Below are positions 18,603 through 28,738 of a stretch of 64,000 nucleotides of DNA, piece after piece. The notes below the pieces were generated by a model. It was not told the origin of the DNA. It worked only from the letters and a program-made list of their open reading frames with translations, and made no database searches. Source of the DNA: Thermotogota bacterium (GTDB lineage Bacteria > Thermotogota > Thermotogae > Petrotogales > Petrotogaceae); assembly GCA_051748045.1 (NCBI GenBank), contig JBNJGY010000002.1, positions 63,701-127,700 of the forward strand, given 5' to 3'. Position 1 is the stretch's first letter; every line of letters begins with the position of its first letter. Both the position numbers and the translations under genes were made by a program.

Positions 18603-19000
18603 TATCTAACACTCCTTATAGCTGTACTATATCTGTTTATAGCATAAGTCATCATTCTAGACAAACCATTATACTTCAATGTGTTTTGTACCATATCTGA
18701 AACCTCTGCATCGATATCAACATTATTACCATCATTTCTTAATGAAGTATTGTCTTGTGTTTTTACTTCACCTTGAACTTTTTTATAACTTAATGTATTA
18801 TTTAAATGACGATCTTTAGTTGTTTTTAATTTCAATTCATTATTGTCACCTAATGCTTTTGCTAGTTCTTCTTCAAAAGCTACTGTTTTTCTTTTATAAT
18901 TAGGGGTATTATAATTTGCGATGTTTTGGGAAATTGTTTGCTGCTTTTTTAAAGAAGCATCCATGGCTTTTGGCAAAACATCAAAATTTATATCAAACAT
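18602..19000 (-). CDS. flgB: Flagellar basal-body rod protein FlgB
   Basis: NIANYNTPNYKR, RNDGNNVDID.E. Confidence 0.95.
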   Translation of the reverse strand: MFDINFDVLPKAMDASLKKQQTISQNIANYNTPNYKRKTVAFEEELAKALGDNNELKLKTTKDRHLNNTLSYKKVQGEVKTQDNTSLRNDGNNVDIDAEVSDMVQNTLKYNGLSRMMTYAINRYSTAIRSVR

Positions 19001-19065
19001 ATTTTATCCCTCCTGTTATTATTATTCTTTAAAAAATTTAAAAAATCCTTAAATGGGGGAACATT

Positions 19066-20097
19066 ATGAAAAAAATATTTTTAATTGGTTATTATGGTTT
19101 TAAAAATTATGGAGACGATTTATTATTCAAAACCTTAATTAAAGTTTTTGAAGAAATAGATTTCAAAGGTAAAATAGTTATTCCAGCAGAAGAGTTGCCA
19201 GATTATAATTCAAACAACAATTTTTTCATAGAAAAAATCAATAGGTATGATATATTGAACATCAATCATCATATTAAAAGTTCAGATCTAGTTATTTATG
19301 GTGGGGGTAATTTATTCCAAACAGAAACATCTTTAAAAAGTTTTTTTTATTATTTTCATATTGCTAAACAAGCAATAAAAAACAATAAAAAATTGCTTTT
19401 TTTATCACAAGGATTTGGACCAGTAAAAAATAAAATAGCAAAACCAAGATTAAAAAAAGTTGTAAATTATGAAAATTTAATTGGAGTATATAGAGATGAT
19501 ACATCTTATAAATATGCTAAAAATTTTAATAAAAACTCATATTTAGGCGTTGACATAGGTCCTTACTATTTTAATGATACCCCTATTAAGAAAAAAAATA
19601 AAATATCTTTATGTTTGAAAAATGAATACTACGACATAAAGAATTTAATAAATTTTTTATCAATATTTAATGATTACGAAGTTTCCACTCTTGTGATTAA
19701 CTCAAATCAAGATGCAATTATGAACTATTATATGGTAGAAGAGATAAGAGAGAAAACAGATTTAAATGCTGTTTTCCCTTTTAAAGATTTCGAAAAAATT
19801 ATAGAAGAAATTAAAAGTTCAAAGATTGTTATATCAGATAGATTGCATTCATCTATTACAGCTGCTTATTTTGAAAGTGAGTTTTTTACTTATAATAGTT
19901 CTAAAAATAAAAGGGTTTTAAAAACTATTGACAAAAGTTATGATTTTTTTTATAGGGATCTTATGGATATACCATTCCTTTTTTCAGATAAAGAAGCTAA
20001 AAATTATAATTTTAATGAGTATGGGAAAATATATAAAAATAAGTTAGAAGAATCAATAATTATGACAAAAGAAATTATTCAAAACGCCTTACTATAA
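19066..20097 (+). CDS. Polysaccharide pyruvyl transferase (CsaB family)
   Basis: GYYGFKNYGDD, GGGNLFQ.ETS.KS, QGFGP, RD, RLHS motifs. Confidence 0.85.
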   Translation: MKKIFLIGYYGFKNYGDDLLFKTLIKVFEEIDFKGKIVIPAEELPDYNSNNNFFIEKINRYDILNINHHIKSSDLVIYGGGNLFQTETSLKSFFYYFHIAKQAIKNNKKLLFLSQGFGPVKNKIAKPRLKKVVNYENLIGVYRDDTSYKYAKNFNKNSYLGVDIGPYYFNDTPIKKKNKISLCLKNEYYDIKNLINFLSIFNDYEVSTLVINSNQDAIMNYYMVEEIREKTDLNAVFPFKDFEKIIEEIKSSKIVISDRLHSSITAAYFESEFFTYNSSKNKRVLKTIDKSYDFFYRDLMDIPFLFSDKEAKNYNFNEYGKIYKNKLEESIIMTKEIIQNALL

Positions 20098-21103
20098 GCA
20101 ATTTTCTATCTTCAGTACTCAAAATTAAAACTACATTATTATCTGGTGCTTCAATATCTATTGGATATTTTCCCACTGACAATTCTTGGTATATTTTTTT
20201 GTCTTTTATTACATACAGTTTGTTTTCGATGTGTGAAATAGCATAGATATATTCTTTGTTAGGAGAAATAGCAAAATCTCTAATGGGAACATCTAATAAG
20301 ATTTCTTTTCTATTTTTTTCTATGTCATAAAGATATAACCCTGAATTTAAAGAATTGATCAAAAGTTTTTCTTTATAAACTTCCATATTAGTAGTATAGT
20401 TATTAATGTGGATCAGGAATTCTTGCGTAGATAATAAATTTTTATAAATATTTCCTTCATAATAATTCAAAATATATTCAATTCCATCTTTCATTACAAT
20501 ATCGATTGGATGCTTAATGTTTTTGTAATTTAATATGTAAGTATTGTTTGCTGGTTTTAAAAATAGGATATTGGAATTGAATTTTGAATTCTCGTAATTT
20601 TCAATTAATGGTATATATAATTTTTTTTCATCTTTAATGATTAGAGGACTAACAACAGAGTGATTTATAGAATTTAATATGTTTAAATTACTATCTAATA
20701 TGTAAACTCTATTAGGGTTTGTTGAGGTTATATATATATTGCCTTCAAATAATTCAATATTTGTTGGCTTTGATTCTAATCTAATAGAGTCAATAACTTT
20801 ATCTTTTCTTAATTTATATACAGTTTTTGTGTAATTGTCAATAATGAAAAAGAAATGACCATCATAAATACCACCTAAAGGAATAACAGCATCCTTAAAA
20901 ACAAATTTTTCTTCTGAATAAAAATCTATAATGTCAACTTGTCCATCGTAATCAGGTATTATCACATAATTCTGATTATAAGAAATATAATTAGTTCTGG
21001 TACCTACATCCTGCCTTCCAGTAATAATAAAAGTATCCTTTGGAAAAATAAGAGTCGTCATTAGTGCTAATATTATTGTAATTATAATTTTTTTAAGATT
21101 TAT
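20075..21103 (-). CDS. Secreted YncE/YVTN-like beta-propeller protein
   Basis: Propeller-like repeats ending VGKYPIDI; frame extends upstream of ATG 21061 to ATA 21103 with GGAGGT RBS and signal peptide. Confidence 0.65.
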   Translation of the reverse strand: MNLKKIIITIILALMTTLIFPKDTFIITGRQDVGTRTNYISYNQNYVIIPDYDGQVDIIDFYSEEKFVFKDAVIPLGGIYDGHFFFIIDNYTKTVYKLRKDKVIDSIRLESKPTNIELFEGNIYITSTNPNRVYILDSNLNILNSINHSVVSPLIIKDEKKLYIPLIENYENSKFNSNILFLKPANNTYILNYKNIKHPIDIVMKDGIEYILNYYEGNIYKNLLSTQEFLIHINNYTTNMEVYKEKLLINSLNSGLYLYDIEKNRKEILLDVPIRDFAISPNKEYIYAISHIENKLYVIKDKKIYQELSVGKYPIDIEAPDNNVVLILSTEDRKLLIVRRFE

Positions 21104-21182
21104 AATAATACCTCCTTTTTAGAATTTCATCATTATTTTATCACATGACCATTAAAAAATAAATAATCAGCTAAAATAAGTT

Positions 21183-21211
21183 TTGTAAAATATAACTATA
21201 TGTAGTATAAT
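21183..21211 (+). promoter_or_regulatory. Sigma70 promoter for udk operon
   Basis: TTGTAA-17 nt-TATAAT. Confidence 0.65.
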
Positions 21212-21244
21212 ATGTCAGAAAAAGTCAAAAAGAGGTGAAGCTTA

Positions 21245-21871
21245 TTGGTCCTCGTTGCTATAGTTGGTGGAAGTGGTTCTGGGAAGACAAGTGTTACGAA
21301 AAATATTGTAGATCATTTTGGTGAAAGAGCTTCAATGCTTAATATGGATGATTATTATAAAGATTTACCTCCACAGGTTAATCCATATGAATTTAATTTT
21401 GATGATCCTAAAGCCTTTGATTTTTCACTTTTGAGAGATCATTTGAAAGCATTGAAAGAAGGCAAACAAATAGAAATGCCTGTTTATAATATGGTTACAT
21501 TCAGAAGAGAAGAGGGTGTTACTAGAACGTTTAAACCAAATGATTTAATTTTGGTAGAGGGTATATTTACTCTTCATGATGATAAAATAGCTAATATGTT
21601 TGATTTTTCGGTTTATATCGATGCCCCTTCAGATGAAAGACTCATTAGAAGGATAGAAAGAGACACAATAGAAAGAGGAAGAACTGTTGAAAGCATTTTA
21701 TCTCAATATAGAAAATTTGTTGCTCCATCCTTTAAATCATTTATAGAACCCCAAAAATTCAAATGTGATATAGTTTTACCAGAAGGTGTAAATAACATAA
21801 AAGGAATGAATATTATAAAAAATGCAATAGAAAGGATGCTTGAAACAAAATCACAGGAGGGAGATCAATGA
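21245..21871 (+). CDS. udk: Uridine kinase
   Basis: GGSGSGKT P-loop, DDYYK, NFDDP.AFD, VEGI, RRIERD..ERGR, FIEP.K. Confidence 0.93.
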   Translation: MVLVAIVGGSGSGKTSVTKNIVDHFGERASMLNMDDYYKDLPPQVNPYEFNFDDPKAFDFSLLRDHLKALKEGKQIEMPVYNMVTFRREEGVTRTFKPNDLILVEGIFTLHDDKIANMFDFSVYIDAPSDERLIRRIERDTIERGRTVESILSQYRKFVAPSFKSFIEPQKFKCDIVLPEGVNNIKGMNIIKNAIERMLETKSQEGDQ

Positions 21872-23823
21872 AAAAAAGTCTAATATTTTTGCTGATAATA
21901 TTAACAAGTATAGCCGCATTATCTTTTAATGTGAACAAGGTAAAAGATTTATATACATCTTTCATAGACGAATACTCTAATTTAGATGAATATATTTTAG
22001 AAGGAAGAGAAGGAGAATTAGAGGATTTTGCAACAAAATTAGATAATTTAGGTGCTTATAGATTCTACAGAAATATAATGATAGGAACAGCAGAATACAC
22101 AGATAGACCTTCTAATATACAAAGGTATTTATCAGATTTACATGGCTTATTAGAGTTTGAATCTCCAGAGGAAAGGTTGGCTTATGCGGGTTTTTTAGGA
22201 TATATTCAATCTCAGTTATCAGGAGAAAGATTATCTAGAGAAACGATTAGATCCTTACCAGCTTATTTTACAACAGTTCAAGATTATAAGAACAATTTAG
22301 AAAATGATGCTTTAACATATATGGGGAATGTCGTTGCTTATGCTTTAGGAATATTTGATGAATCTCCATATAAAGATATAAAAAGATATGATTCTGATGC
22401 AGAAATTTCTAATAAAGATTATTATTTCTACGAAGGAGAACCACAAGATAATTATGATGAAATAATAACAGAAAATAAAGAAACTTTAAATGAAGAAATT
22501 CAGAAACTTTACGATGAAGAATTAACTGGCCAAGATTTAGAATTTGCAATTGATGATATTTCTTATATGTTTATAGGAGAAATAAATGATTTGGTTGATC
22601 AACAAGTTCAAGAATCTTTAAATATGTTTGTTGAGGAAGGCGATAAGGCATTTGCTTTTGGCAATTTTAGATGGCTAATATATTTAGTGGTTATTCTTTT
22701 GGTTTTCTTTATGTTTAGAAAATTATTAACTCCAGTATTTTTAGCTATATATTCTTTTGAAATTATTTATTTAATTTTTATATTCAATCCGATACAAGAT
22801 TTAATAAGTTCTTTTATTTATGGTTCTTATGTTATATTAGCAACTGCAATCTTTTTTATAGCTTCATTATTAAAAGCTTTTGGAAGAGATGTTCATATAT
22901 ATGAGAGGTTTAAAAATATTGTAGTTTTCATTTCTATAATATTGATTATTACTTTACCAACATATTCATTTTATGATTTAATGATGCAGAATAACTCAGA
23001 GTTTAAAGATTCAGTATTTGAGAATCAGCTATTAAATGACACTATTGTTTATAGTCATTCTCCTTCTCAAAGAACAATAAATTCTTTGAAATCTGATTTA
23101 GGTACTGAATATTCTGCAATTAGAGATATTTATAATTCAGAATTTAGAAACTTTCTTGAAGCATCATTTGAAAATAATATTTATCAAGAAATTTATGCTG
23201 ATGATTTAGAAATAGATGTGATTATTAATAGAGAGGGTTTAAGCTATAAAAATGTAGATGATTATAGAAGCTCTGCTAATTCATATGCTAACTCTATAAA
23301 TGAAGTCCTTGACAGCGCAGAATTGAGAATTAGTAGAATTGAAGGGAATTTTAGTGCTTTAGAAGTAAATATTGAGAATGTTTTGAAATATTCAAGTGAC
23401 GGATTCGAACAAAAATTTAAGAATCAAGTGGAAAATTTTTTTGAAACAAGTTCTGTTTTAAAAGATATTGATATTAGTTCTTATTTTAATGTAGAAAAAC
23501 TTGAAAGCATAGATCTAAAATTATATAATACAGTTTATGGAACAATTATATTAGTTATCTTTTTATTTTCTCTACTATTATATGTTATCTTTGAAAACAA
23601 AATTATAAAAATATTTACTACTGTAGGTATGGTAATAGCTTCGATTATGGCATTTATTACCCCTCAAATAATTACTGTTATACCTCAGTTAAAATATCCA
23701 TTATTGTATTCAGAAGATTATTCTGTTAATATGATAATAGGAGGATTAATGTTATTAATAACTATTTTAATTCAAATAAAAAAAGAAAAAGATCTCAGTG
23801 AACAATTAGATAAGGAAAATTAA
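21868..23823 (+). CDS. Hypothetical multi-pass membrane protein with two large extracytoplasmic domains
   Basis: Signal peptide, soluble domain, ~4 TM, second soluble domain, ~3 TM. Confidence 0.75.
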   Translation: MKKSLIFLLIILTSIAALSFNVNKVKDLYTSFIDEYSNLDEYILEGREGELEDFATKLDNLGAYRFYRNIMIGTAEYTDRPSNIQRYLSDLHGLLEFESPEERLAYAGFLGYIQSQLSGERLSRETIRSLPAYFTTVQDYKNNLENDALTYMGNVVAYALGIFDESPYKDIKRYDSDAEISNKDYYFYEGEPQDNYDEIITENKETLNEEIQKLYDEELTGQDLEFAIDDISYMFIGEINDLVDQQVQESLNMFVEEGDKAFAFGNFRWLIYLVVILLVFFMFRKLLTPVFLAIYSFEIIYLIFIFNPIQDLISSFIYGSYVILATAIFFIASLLKAFGRDVHIYERFKNIVVFISIILIITLPTYSFYDLMMQNNSEFKDSVFENQLLNDTIVYSHSPSQRTINSLKSDLGTEYSAIRDIYNSEFRNFLEASFENNIYQEIYADDLEIDVIINREGLSYKNVDDYRSSANSYANSINEVLDSAELRISRIEGNFSALEVNIENVLKYSSDGFEQKFKNQVENFFETSSVLKDIDISSYFNVEKLESIDLKLYNTVYGTIILVIFLFSLLLYVIFENKIIKIFTTVGMVIASIMAFITPQIITVIPQLKYPLLYSEDYSVNMIIGGLMLLITILIQIKKEKDLSEQLDKEN

Positions 23824-23864
23824 TTCCTTAATCAATTATTAATCAAAAGGGGAGGTAGTAAATT

Positions 23865-24962
23865 ATGAAAAAGTTAGCTGTTTTAGCTTTAGTTTTAACA
23901 CTTATAGTTAGTTCTTTCGCTTTAAAAGCGATCATGGTTACAGATACCGGTGGTTTAGGAGACAAATCTTTCAATGACGGTACTTGGAGAGGTATGCTTC
24001 AAGCAGAAGAAGAACTTAATGCAGAAGTTGACTACATAGTTTCAAAAGAACAAACTGATTACGTAAGTAACCTTACAAATGCTGCTCAAGAGGCAGACGT
24101 TGTTGTTGGTGTTGGATTTTTAATGGCAGATGCATTATTTAATGTAGCTCCACAATTCCCAGATACAAGATTCATAGGAATTGATATATCTCCATCAGAA
24201 GGTCAAACAGTTCCTAGCAATTTAGCTCTTTATATCTTTAAAGAAGAACAAACAACATTCTTAGCAGGATATTTAGCAGCTTCAATGACAAAAACTGGCA
24301 CATTAGGTTATGTCGGTGGAATTGAAATACCACCTGTTGTAAGATTGGAATTAGGATACAGAGCAGGGGTAAAAGCATATAACCAAATTCACAATACAAA
24401 TATAGAAGTTATTACAGGATATTCTGGCGGATTCGGAGAACCTGCAAAGGGTAAACAAATGGCCATGTCTCAATATGAACAAGGAGCAGACATTATATTC
24501 CATGCTGCCGGCGCAACTGGAAACGGTGTTATAGATGCTTCAAGAGAAGTAGGGGCAGAACACTTAGACTTATCTACTGATGCTAATTTAAAAGAAGTTA
24601 TAGATGCTTATTACAATAAAGGTTCAGGATATTTTTCAATTGGTGTTGACTCAGACCAAGATTATTTAGCTCCTGGATATGTATTAGCTTCTGCAATGAA
24701 AAGAGTAGACCAAGCAGCTTTCTTAGGTATTAGATCAGCTAGATCAGCAAGAGCCTTTCAATCAGGTTTAAATGTACTTGGTTTTAATCAAGATGGTGTA
24801 GGTTTATCACCTATGAAATATACAAAAGGTTTAGTTCCATCAAACATTTTTGCTGAATTATCATATTTAAGATCAATTGTAGAAACAGACGAATTAGTAA
24901 TTCCTGATACAAGAGATAAATTTGGTGTATTTGACGCATCAGATGTTGAATTTCCATTCTGA
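23865..24962 (+). CDS. BMP family ABC transporter substrate-binding protein (nucleoside)
   Basis: TD.GGLGDKSFN, F.EEQ..FLAG, GAD.IFHAAG.TG.GV, IGVDSDQ, S.MKRVD. Confidence 0.92.
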   Translation: MKKLAVLALVLTLIVSSFALKAIMVTDTGGLGDKSFNDGTWRGMLQAEEELNAEVDYIVSKEQTDYVSNLTNAAQEADVVVGVGFLMADALFNVAPQFPDTRFIGIDISPSEGQTVPSNLALYIFKEEQTTFLAGYLAASMTKTGTLGYVGGIEIPPVVRLELGYRAGVKAYNQIHNTNIEVITGYSGGFGEPAKGKQMAMSQYEQGADIIFHAAGATGNGVIDASREVGAEHLDLSTDANLKEVIDAYYNKGSGYFSIGVDSDQDYLAPGYVLASAMKRVDQAAFLGIRSARSARAFQSGLNVLGFNQDGVGLSPMKYTKGLVPSNIFAELSYLRSIVETDELVIPDTRDKFGVFDASDVEFPF

Positions 24963-24977
24963 TAAAATATTAATTAT

Positions 24978-25005
24978 AGGGATAGGTTAGCCCTATCCCT
25001 TTTTT
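24978..25005 (+). terminator. Intra-operon terminator/stabilising hairpin after BMP gene
   Basis: AGGGATAGG-TTAGC-CCTATCCCT-TTTTT. Confidence 0.8.
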
Positions 25006-25060
25006 AAAATATTTTTTTGAATATTTTAAAAAAGGGATGAAATATACAGGAGGTGTAACA

Positions 25061-26644
25061 ATGTCATCAAATCCTGATGTTAATATAAAGGATTACGCTG
25101 TTTATATGGATAGCATTACAAAACAGTTTCCAAAGGTATTGGCCAATGATAAAGTTGATTTAAAAGTAAAAAAAGGAGAAATACACGCTCTTATAGGAGA
25201 AAACGGAGCAGGTAAGTCGACTTTAATGAATCAATTATATGGTCTTTTCGAACCAACTTCTGGAGAAATATATATATCTGGAGAAAAAGTAGATATTGAT
25301 GGTCCAAAAGAAGCAATCAAAAAAGGTATAGGAATGGTACATCAACATTTTATGTTAGTAGATAATTTAACAGTTACTGAAAATGTTATTTTAGGTTCTG
25401 AAGAAACTAAAGCTGGAAAACTTGATTTAAAAAAAGCTAGAAAAGAAGTAAAAGAATTATCAGAGCGTTATGGTCTTAAGGTTGATGTTGATGCAAATAT
25501 TGAAGATATCCCTGTAGGTATGCAACAAAGAGTTGAAATTATAAAAACCCTTTATAGAGGAGCAGATATATTAATTCTTGATGAGCCAACTGCAGTTTTA
25601 ACGCCTCAAGAAATAGACGAAATATTTGAGATAATGAACAAGTTAAGAGATGATGGAAAAACAATAATTTTTATTTCTCATAAATTAAATGAAGTTATGA
25701 AAATATCTGATAATGTTACTGTTATGAGGCTCGGGAAAGTAACGGGGGACGTTAGTATAAAGGAAACAGATGAAAAACAACTTGCTAATATGATGGTTGG
25801 AAGAGAAGTTGTTTTAAGGGTAGATAAAAAAGAAAAAAAACCTGGGGATGTTTTTGTAAAAATTGAAAATCTTAAAGTTAGAGATAATAGAAATTTAAAA
25901 GCAGTTAGAGGAATAAATTTAGAGGTTAAAAAAGGTGAAATCTTGGGTGTTGCAGGTGTTGCAGGAAATGGTCAATCAGAGTTGGTTGAAGCTTTGACAG
26001 GCTTAAGGCAAATAGAAAGTGGAAAATATTATTATCAAGGAATTGATGTAACAAATTATAATGTTAAAGAATTAAGAGAAATGAGAGTAACACATATACC
26101 TGAAGATAGATATAAATATGCAATGATTCAAGAATATCCTAATTATTATAATTTGATCATGGGAAGACATGATAAAGAACCTTTTGCTTATAGGGGGTTT
26201 TTGGATCATGATAAAATATATAATTATGCTGAAAAATTAGTTAAAAATTTTGATGTAAGGCCAGCAGATATAAACCAAAATACAGGGACTCTTTCTGGAG
26301 GAAACCAACAAAAAGTTGTTATCGCTAGAGAAGTAGCAGCTGACCCTGAATTTATTGTTATTGCTCAACCTACAAGAGGGCTAGATGTAGGAGCAATAGA
26401 ATATGTTCACAATGAAATTCTTAATTTAAGAGACAAAAATGTAGCAATTCTTTTAGTTTCAATGGAATTAGAAGAAGTTTTATCTCTAAGTGATAGAATA
26501 ATCGTGATGTATGAAGGACAAATAATGGGTGAAGTAAAACCAGAAGAAGTTACTGTTGAGGAAATGGGTTTAATGATGGCAGGAAAGAAAATCAAAGATA
26601 TAAAAATGGCTTCAGAATTAGAGTCTCATGGAGGCGATAAATGA
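25061..26644 (+). CDS. Nucleoside/sugar ABC transporter ATP-binding protein (CUT2, duplicated ABC)
   Basis: GENGAGKST, VHQHF, LDEPT, LSGGNQQK, QPTRGLDVG; ATG 25061 after AGGAGGT. Confidence 0.93.
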   Translation: MSSNPDVNIKDYAVYMDSITKQFPKVLANDKVDLKVKKGEIHALIGENGAGKSTLMNQLYGLFEPTSGEIYISGEKVDIDGPKEAIKKGIGMVHQHFMLVDNLTVTENVILGSEETKAGKLDLKKARKEVKELSERYGLKVDVDANIEDIPVGMQQRVEIIKTLYRGADILILDEPTAVLTPQEIDEIFEIMNKLRDDGKTIIFISHKLNEVMKISDNVTVMRLGKVTGDVSIKETDEKQLANMMVGREVVLRVDKKEKKPGDVFVKIENLKVRDNRNLKAVRGINLEVKKGEILGVAGVAGNGQSELVEALTGLRQIESGKYYYQGIDVTNYNVKELREMRVTHIPEDRYKYAMIQEYPNYYNLIMGRHDKEPFAYRGFLDHDKIYNYAEKLVKNFDVRPADINQNTGTLSGGNQQKVVIAREVAADPEFIVIAQPTRGLDVGAIEYVHNEILNLRDKNVAILLVSMELEEVLSLSDRIIVMYEGQIMGEVKPEEVTVEEMGLMMAGKKIKDIKMASELESHGGDK

Positions 26645-27723
26645 TGGCTTCAAATATAAAAAATAATAAATGGATGCCTTTTTTAGTTCCTTTATTGGCA
26701 GTTGTATTTTCATTAGTTATTGCCGCTATAATAATATTGTTAATAGGAGAAAATCCTATAACTGCTTATATAGAAATGTTTAAAGGAGCTGTAGGTTCAA
26801 GATTATCATGGGCTGATAATATTACAAAAATGACAAGTTTGCTTCTTACTGGTTTGGCAGTAGGATTTGGCTTTAGAGCAGGTGTTTTTAATATAGGGGC
26901 TGAAGGTCAAATGGCAGTTGGAGGAATCATGGCGGTTTTTGTAGGAATCAACATGGGGAATGTTCCTTCAGTGATAGCTATTCCTTTGACTTTAGCAGCT
27001 GGTATTGTTGGTGGGGCAATTTGGGCATCAATTGCTGGGTTCTTAAAGGCAAAAACTGGTGCTCATGAAGTTATTTCAACAATTATGTTGAACTGGGTTG
27101 CTTATCATTTGAGCAATTATCTTGTAGCTGGACCTTTAGCAGTTGGTCAAGGAGTACCCAAATCACCTGAAATATCAGAAAGTGCACAATTACCACCTTT
27201 AATTACTGTGCAAGCATCTACAGTTCCGTCTGGAATTTTAGTTGCATTAGTTGCAGCTGTTATCGTTTATATTATTTTACAAAAAACAACTTTAGGTTAT
27301 GAACTTAAAGCTGTTGGTTATAATCCATATGCAGCAGAATATGGTGGTATTTCAATTAGTAAAAATATTGTGTTAACTATGGGGATATCAGGTGGTTTAG
27401 CAGGTTTAGCAGGAGCAGTAGAAGTTATGGGTGTTTATCATAGAATTTTTGGAGCTTTCACGGGTGACAGAGGTTTTGATGGTATTACTATAGCTTTGAT
27501 TGGTCAAAATAATCCAATTGGAATTATTTTTTCTGCCTTCTTAATTTCATCACTTAGAGCGGGGTCAAATTCAATGCAAAGTGTTGGAATACCTGATGAT
27601 ATAGTAACTATCATACAAGGTATTATTATATTATTTGTTGCTGGAAATAGAATCATAAAAACTTTGATCGTTAAGATGCAAAAAAATCAAAAACCTTCTC
27701 TTGAGGGTGGTGAAGATAAATGA
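26641..27723 (+). CDS. Nucleoside ABC transporter permease 1
   Basis: FNIGAEGQ, HEVISTIMLN, G.ELKAVG.NP.AA.YGG, GFDGI.IAL. Confidence 0.92.
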   Translation: MMASNIKNNKWMPFLVPLLAVVFSLVIAAIIILLIGENPITAYIEMFKGAVGSRLSWADNITKMTSLLLTGLAVGFGFRAGVFNIGAEGQMAVGGIMAVFVGINMGNVPSVIAIPLTLAAGIVGGAIWASIAGFLKAKTGAHEVISTIMLNWVAYHLSNYLVAGPLAVGQGVPKSPEISESAQLPPLITVQASTVPSGILVALVAAVIVYIILQKTTLGYELKAVGYNPYAAEYGGISISKNIVLTMGISGGLAGLAGAVEVMGVYHRIFGAFTGDRGFDGITIALIGQNNPIGIIFSAFLISSLRAGSNSMQSVGIPDDIVTIIQGIIILFVAGNRIIKTLIVKMQKNQKPSLEGGEDK

Positions 27724-28670
27724 ATTGGATAGGCGCGATATTTGAATCATTAACATCTCCTCTGTTTTATAAACTGACTATATTGTCTGCTTTACCTTTA
27801 GTTTTTGCAGCAATAGGGGGAGTATTTACAGAAAAGACAGGTGTAGTTAATATTGCATTAGAAGGTATTATCAAAATGGGAGCATTCACTTCTATTGCTT
27901 TTACTTATGCAACAGGAAATATATGGATTGGATTATTTGCTGGTATAGTATCTGGTATGATACTTGCTGGAATACATGCTTATTTTTCTATAGAATGGGC
28001 TGCAAATCAAATAGTTTCAGCGACCGCTATAATAATTCTATCCCAGGGTATTGTGGGTTTCTTGATGGAACCAGTTTTTGGACAGCAAGGACAAAGTGAT
28101 TTTGTTTCAAAAATACCAAATGTGAAAATTGATTTCATAAGAGAAATACCTTTTATAGGAGATATCTTTGGAAATATATCTTTATTTTTCTACATAGCAA
28201 TTGGTGTAATAATTGGATCATGGTTTTTAATATATAAAACTCCTTTAGGTCTTAGAATGAGAGCAGTTGGAGAAAATCCAAAAGCTGCTGATACATTAGG
28301 TATAAGTGTAAAAGGCATAAGATATTTCGGTGTAGTTATGTCAGGTGTTATGGCTTCACTGGGAGGTATTTACTTAGCTTTAGGTGACTTAGGGCAATTC
28401 CAGGAAGAAATGCCTGCAGGTAAAGGTTTCATTGCTTTAGCAGCAATGATTTTAGGTAACTGGAATCCTGTTGGGGCTATGTGGGCTGCGCTTTTATTTG
28501 GAGCCTCTGAAGCTATGAATATTCAACTTCAGACATTATTAGAATTACCTTCAGCAGCAAAAGCTTTATTGAATTTATTACCGTTTGTATTAACTCTAAT
28601 AGTCGTCGGTGGATTTGTTGGAAAAACAAGACCTCCAGCAGCAAGTGGAGAACCATACGAAAAAGAATAA
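27720..28670 (+). CDS. Nucleoside ABC transporter permease 2
   Basis: E..GVVNIALEG, GLRMRAVGENP.AA, G.GFIALAA.ILG.W.P. Confidence 0.92.
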   Translation: MNWIGAIFESLTSPLFYKLTILSALPLVFAAIGGVFTEKTGVVNIALEGIIKMGAFTSIAFTYATGNIWIGLFAGIVSGMILAGIHAYFSIEWAANQIVSATAIIILSQGIVGFLMEPVFGQQGQSDFVSKIPNVKIDFIREIPFIGDIFGNISLFFYIAIGVIIGSWFLIYKTPLGLRMRAVGENPKAADTLGISVKGIRYFGVVMSGVMASLGGIYLALGDLGQFQEEMPAGKGFIALAAMILGNWNPVGAMWAALLFGASEAMNIQLQTLLELPSAAKALLNLLPFVLTLIVVGGFVGKTRPPAASGEPYEKE

Positions 28671-28676
28671 TTATAT

Positions 28677-28703
28677 GCCCGCTTTTATATAAGCGGGTTT
28701 TTT
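28677..28703 (+). terminator. Intrinsic terminator
   Basis: GCCCGCTT-TTATAT-AAGCGGGT-TTTTT. Confidence 0.8.
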
Positions 28704-28738
28704 AAATTTATATATATTTTTAAGGTTTCAATGATAAA

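Noticed and set aside
19001-19065. Sigma28 or sigma54 promoter for flgB
   Set aside because: No TAAA-N15-GCCGATAA or GG-N10-GC match discernible
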